NCBI GenBank assembly: GCA_963976765.1
Contig: CAXBME010000002.1
Span: 248,001 to 312,000 of the forward strand
DNA length: 64,000 nt
Origin: an uncultured Planctomycetaceae bacterium
Lineage (GTDB): Bacteria > Planctomycetota > Planctomycetia > Planctomycetales > Planctomycetaceae
Reading direction: 5' to 3'
Below the pieces are notes generated by a model that saw only the letters and a list, made by a program, of their open reading frames with translations, was not told where the DNA came from and ran no database searches. The translations under genes and the position numbers were made by a program. Positions 63,601 to 64,000 of this stretch are shown here, piece after piece; the stretch's first letter is position 1, and each line of letters begins with the position of its first letter.

Positions 63601-64000
63601 TCGTGCAGAATTTCTTCAGTCGACGCCGTGCCGTCGTAGGTGCGAAGAATTTCTCCAGTCGCGGCGTCGATGGCGGACAGCGGAGCGTCGATGCCCAGCG
63701 TGGCATAAACCTCGTCCTTCGTCGCGACCAGACGTCGAGCGAGCTGAGTCGGGCCACTCTTCAGCGGCCACAGATGACTGTGCCATTTCGGGATGTCCTG
63801 CTTCCAAAGGACCGTCCCGTTAAATGCGTCGCGACCGACGAGCTTCCAGCTTGGTGGAAGCTGAATCGAAACCCGCGAGCCTTCGTCCATGATATAAAAC
63901 AGCCGACCGGCGGCAGAGACCAGAGCACTCATGCTGGCCATGCGGTCGTGGTGTCGCGACCAGCGAGGGCTGCCCAGCCATTGCAGATGCCGAGGCGGGC
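60654..64000 (-). CDS. PQQ-like beta-propeller repeat protein with a LamG-like insertion (5' end outside window)
   Basis: The frame is open to the window edge. Repeated DAxTGxxxW motifs, HHRCY, RGGC and WPTFRHD; LamG-like LYVNG segment. Confidence 0.85.
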   Translation of the reverse strand, partial: PPRHLQWLGSPRWSRHHDRMASMSALVSAAGRLFYIMDEGSRVSIQLPPSWKLVGRDAFNGTVLWKQDIPKWHSHLWPLKSGPTQLARRLVATKDEVYATLGIDAPLSAIDAATGEILRTYDGTASTEEILHDNGTLFLTVNKEESDLVKYAPLNPVVGDQGDVGKNWRWNEKPVIVMSIDAASGKTNWQRRTQVAPLTLTADAERVYLHDGTKVVCLNRVTGDMEWSSEPAARRRTITYNFGPRLVIHKGILLYAGGERTMKAFDVKTGNVLWEAPHDRSGYQSPEDLLIVKDLVWSAPTTSGGDSGAFTARDFKTGEVKITFPPDVSAYWFHHRCYIAKATENFIMPSRTGIEFVDTKEKSWDINHWVRGGCLYGIMPCNGLVYAPPHNCACYPEAKLYGFNALAPATASRETPKDVPEEARLVKGPAFGDSITASSVADDWPTFRHDQTRSGTSLTEVPTELATKWTTNLGGRLSAVTVAEGKLFVAQIDEHRVHALDAATGKKVWTFTAGSRVDSPPTIEDGRAYFGANDGWIYCVRATDGELVWRYLAAPEDRRLMAFEQLESVWPVHGSVLVQSGFVFGVAGRSNFLDGGLRFLKLDARTGSMVAESIIDEIDPETGNNLQMRHETLQMPVGLPDILSSDGENVYMKSQRLDQEGKRYDIGPNSGDFAGQASVHVGKHAHLFAPMGFLDDTWFHRSYWVYGKSFAGGHAGYYQAGKFAPSGRILVFDEDNVYGFGRKPDHLRWTTVLEHQLFSAPREAPVVPESAKSVRRGKASSAAMVRVPLSKKVDPTNKSIFVEAWTNVEKPQGVVVAHGGPLNGYSLFIQKGRPQFAARINEKLFQVSSKESVVGKWAKLAGAITSDGKVVLYVNGSMVASAKVEGLIPKTPAQGIEIGADDGSAVADYQSPFGITAVIDDVRIIHGSFTAADVEEHIEAPEALKGKTVFASSFTSGKATDESGLGNDGSIVAATAVVGRSGKALHFSGAARGGAKSSGSFVEPHWTKDAPLFVRAMVKAGSNLFIVGPPDIVDEAETFEKLKNRDVTVDAILARQDALLNGSEGSLLRAVSAKDGSTLSSMQLEVLPIWDGMAAARGQLYLSTQDGTVICLGK

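Overview
A GC-rich bacterial window with typical planctomycete gene content: a DUF1549/DUF1553 cytochrome, a DUF1559 prepilin, BlaI/BlaR1, and FG-GAP and PQQ propellers. The centre (about 10.2-30.1 kb) holds a complete type I-G (I-U) CRISPR-Cas locus: cas3 with a C-terminal HD domain, cas8g/csx17, cas7/csb1, csb2, a cas4-cas1 fusion, cas2, and a 93-repeat array ending next to tRNA-Lys(TTT). The main discovery candidate is a one-spacer mini-array on the minus strand upstream of the cas operon (10308-10410). Its spacer matches the adjacent divergent promoter region (10548-10567) at 18 of 20 nt, with mismatches only at guide positions 6 and 12 and a TTT PAM. This suggests a Cascade-guided transcriptional repressor RNA. 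The operon it appears to control starts with a minimal ECF-like sigma factor and a 68-aa unknown ORF before cas3. The second candidate is a probable selenoprotein: two FG-GAP/ASPIC-UnbV/thioredoxin ORFs joined by an in-frame UGA followed by a SECIS-like hairpin, coupled to a PLP class-V lyase. Other features include a REP-flanked Y1 transposase inside the cas operon, a multi-HTH protein and a triple-GspF pilus/T2SS cluster. All calls were made by eye, with no database searches.
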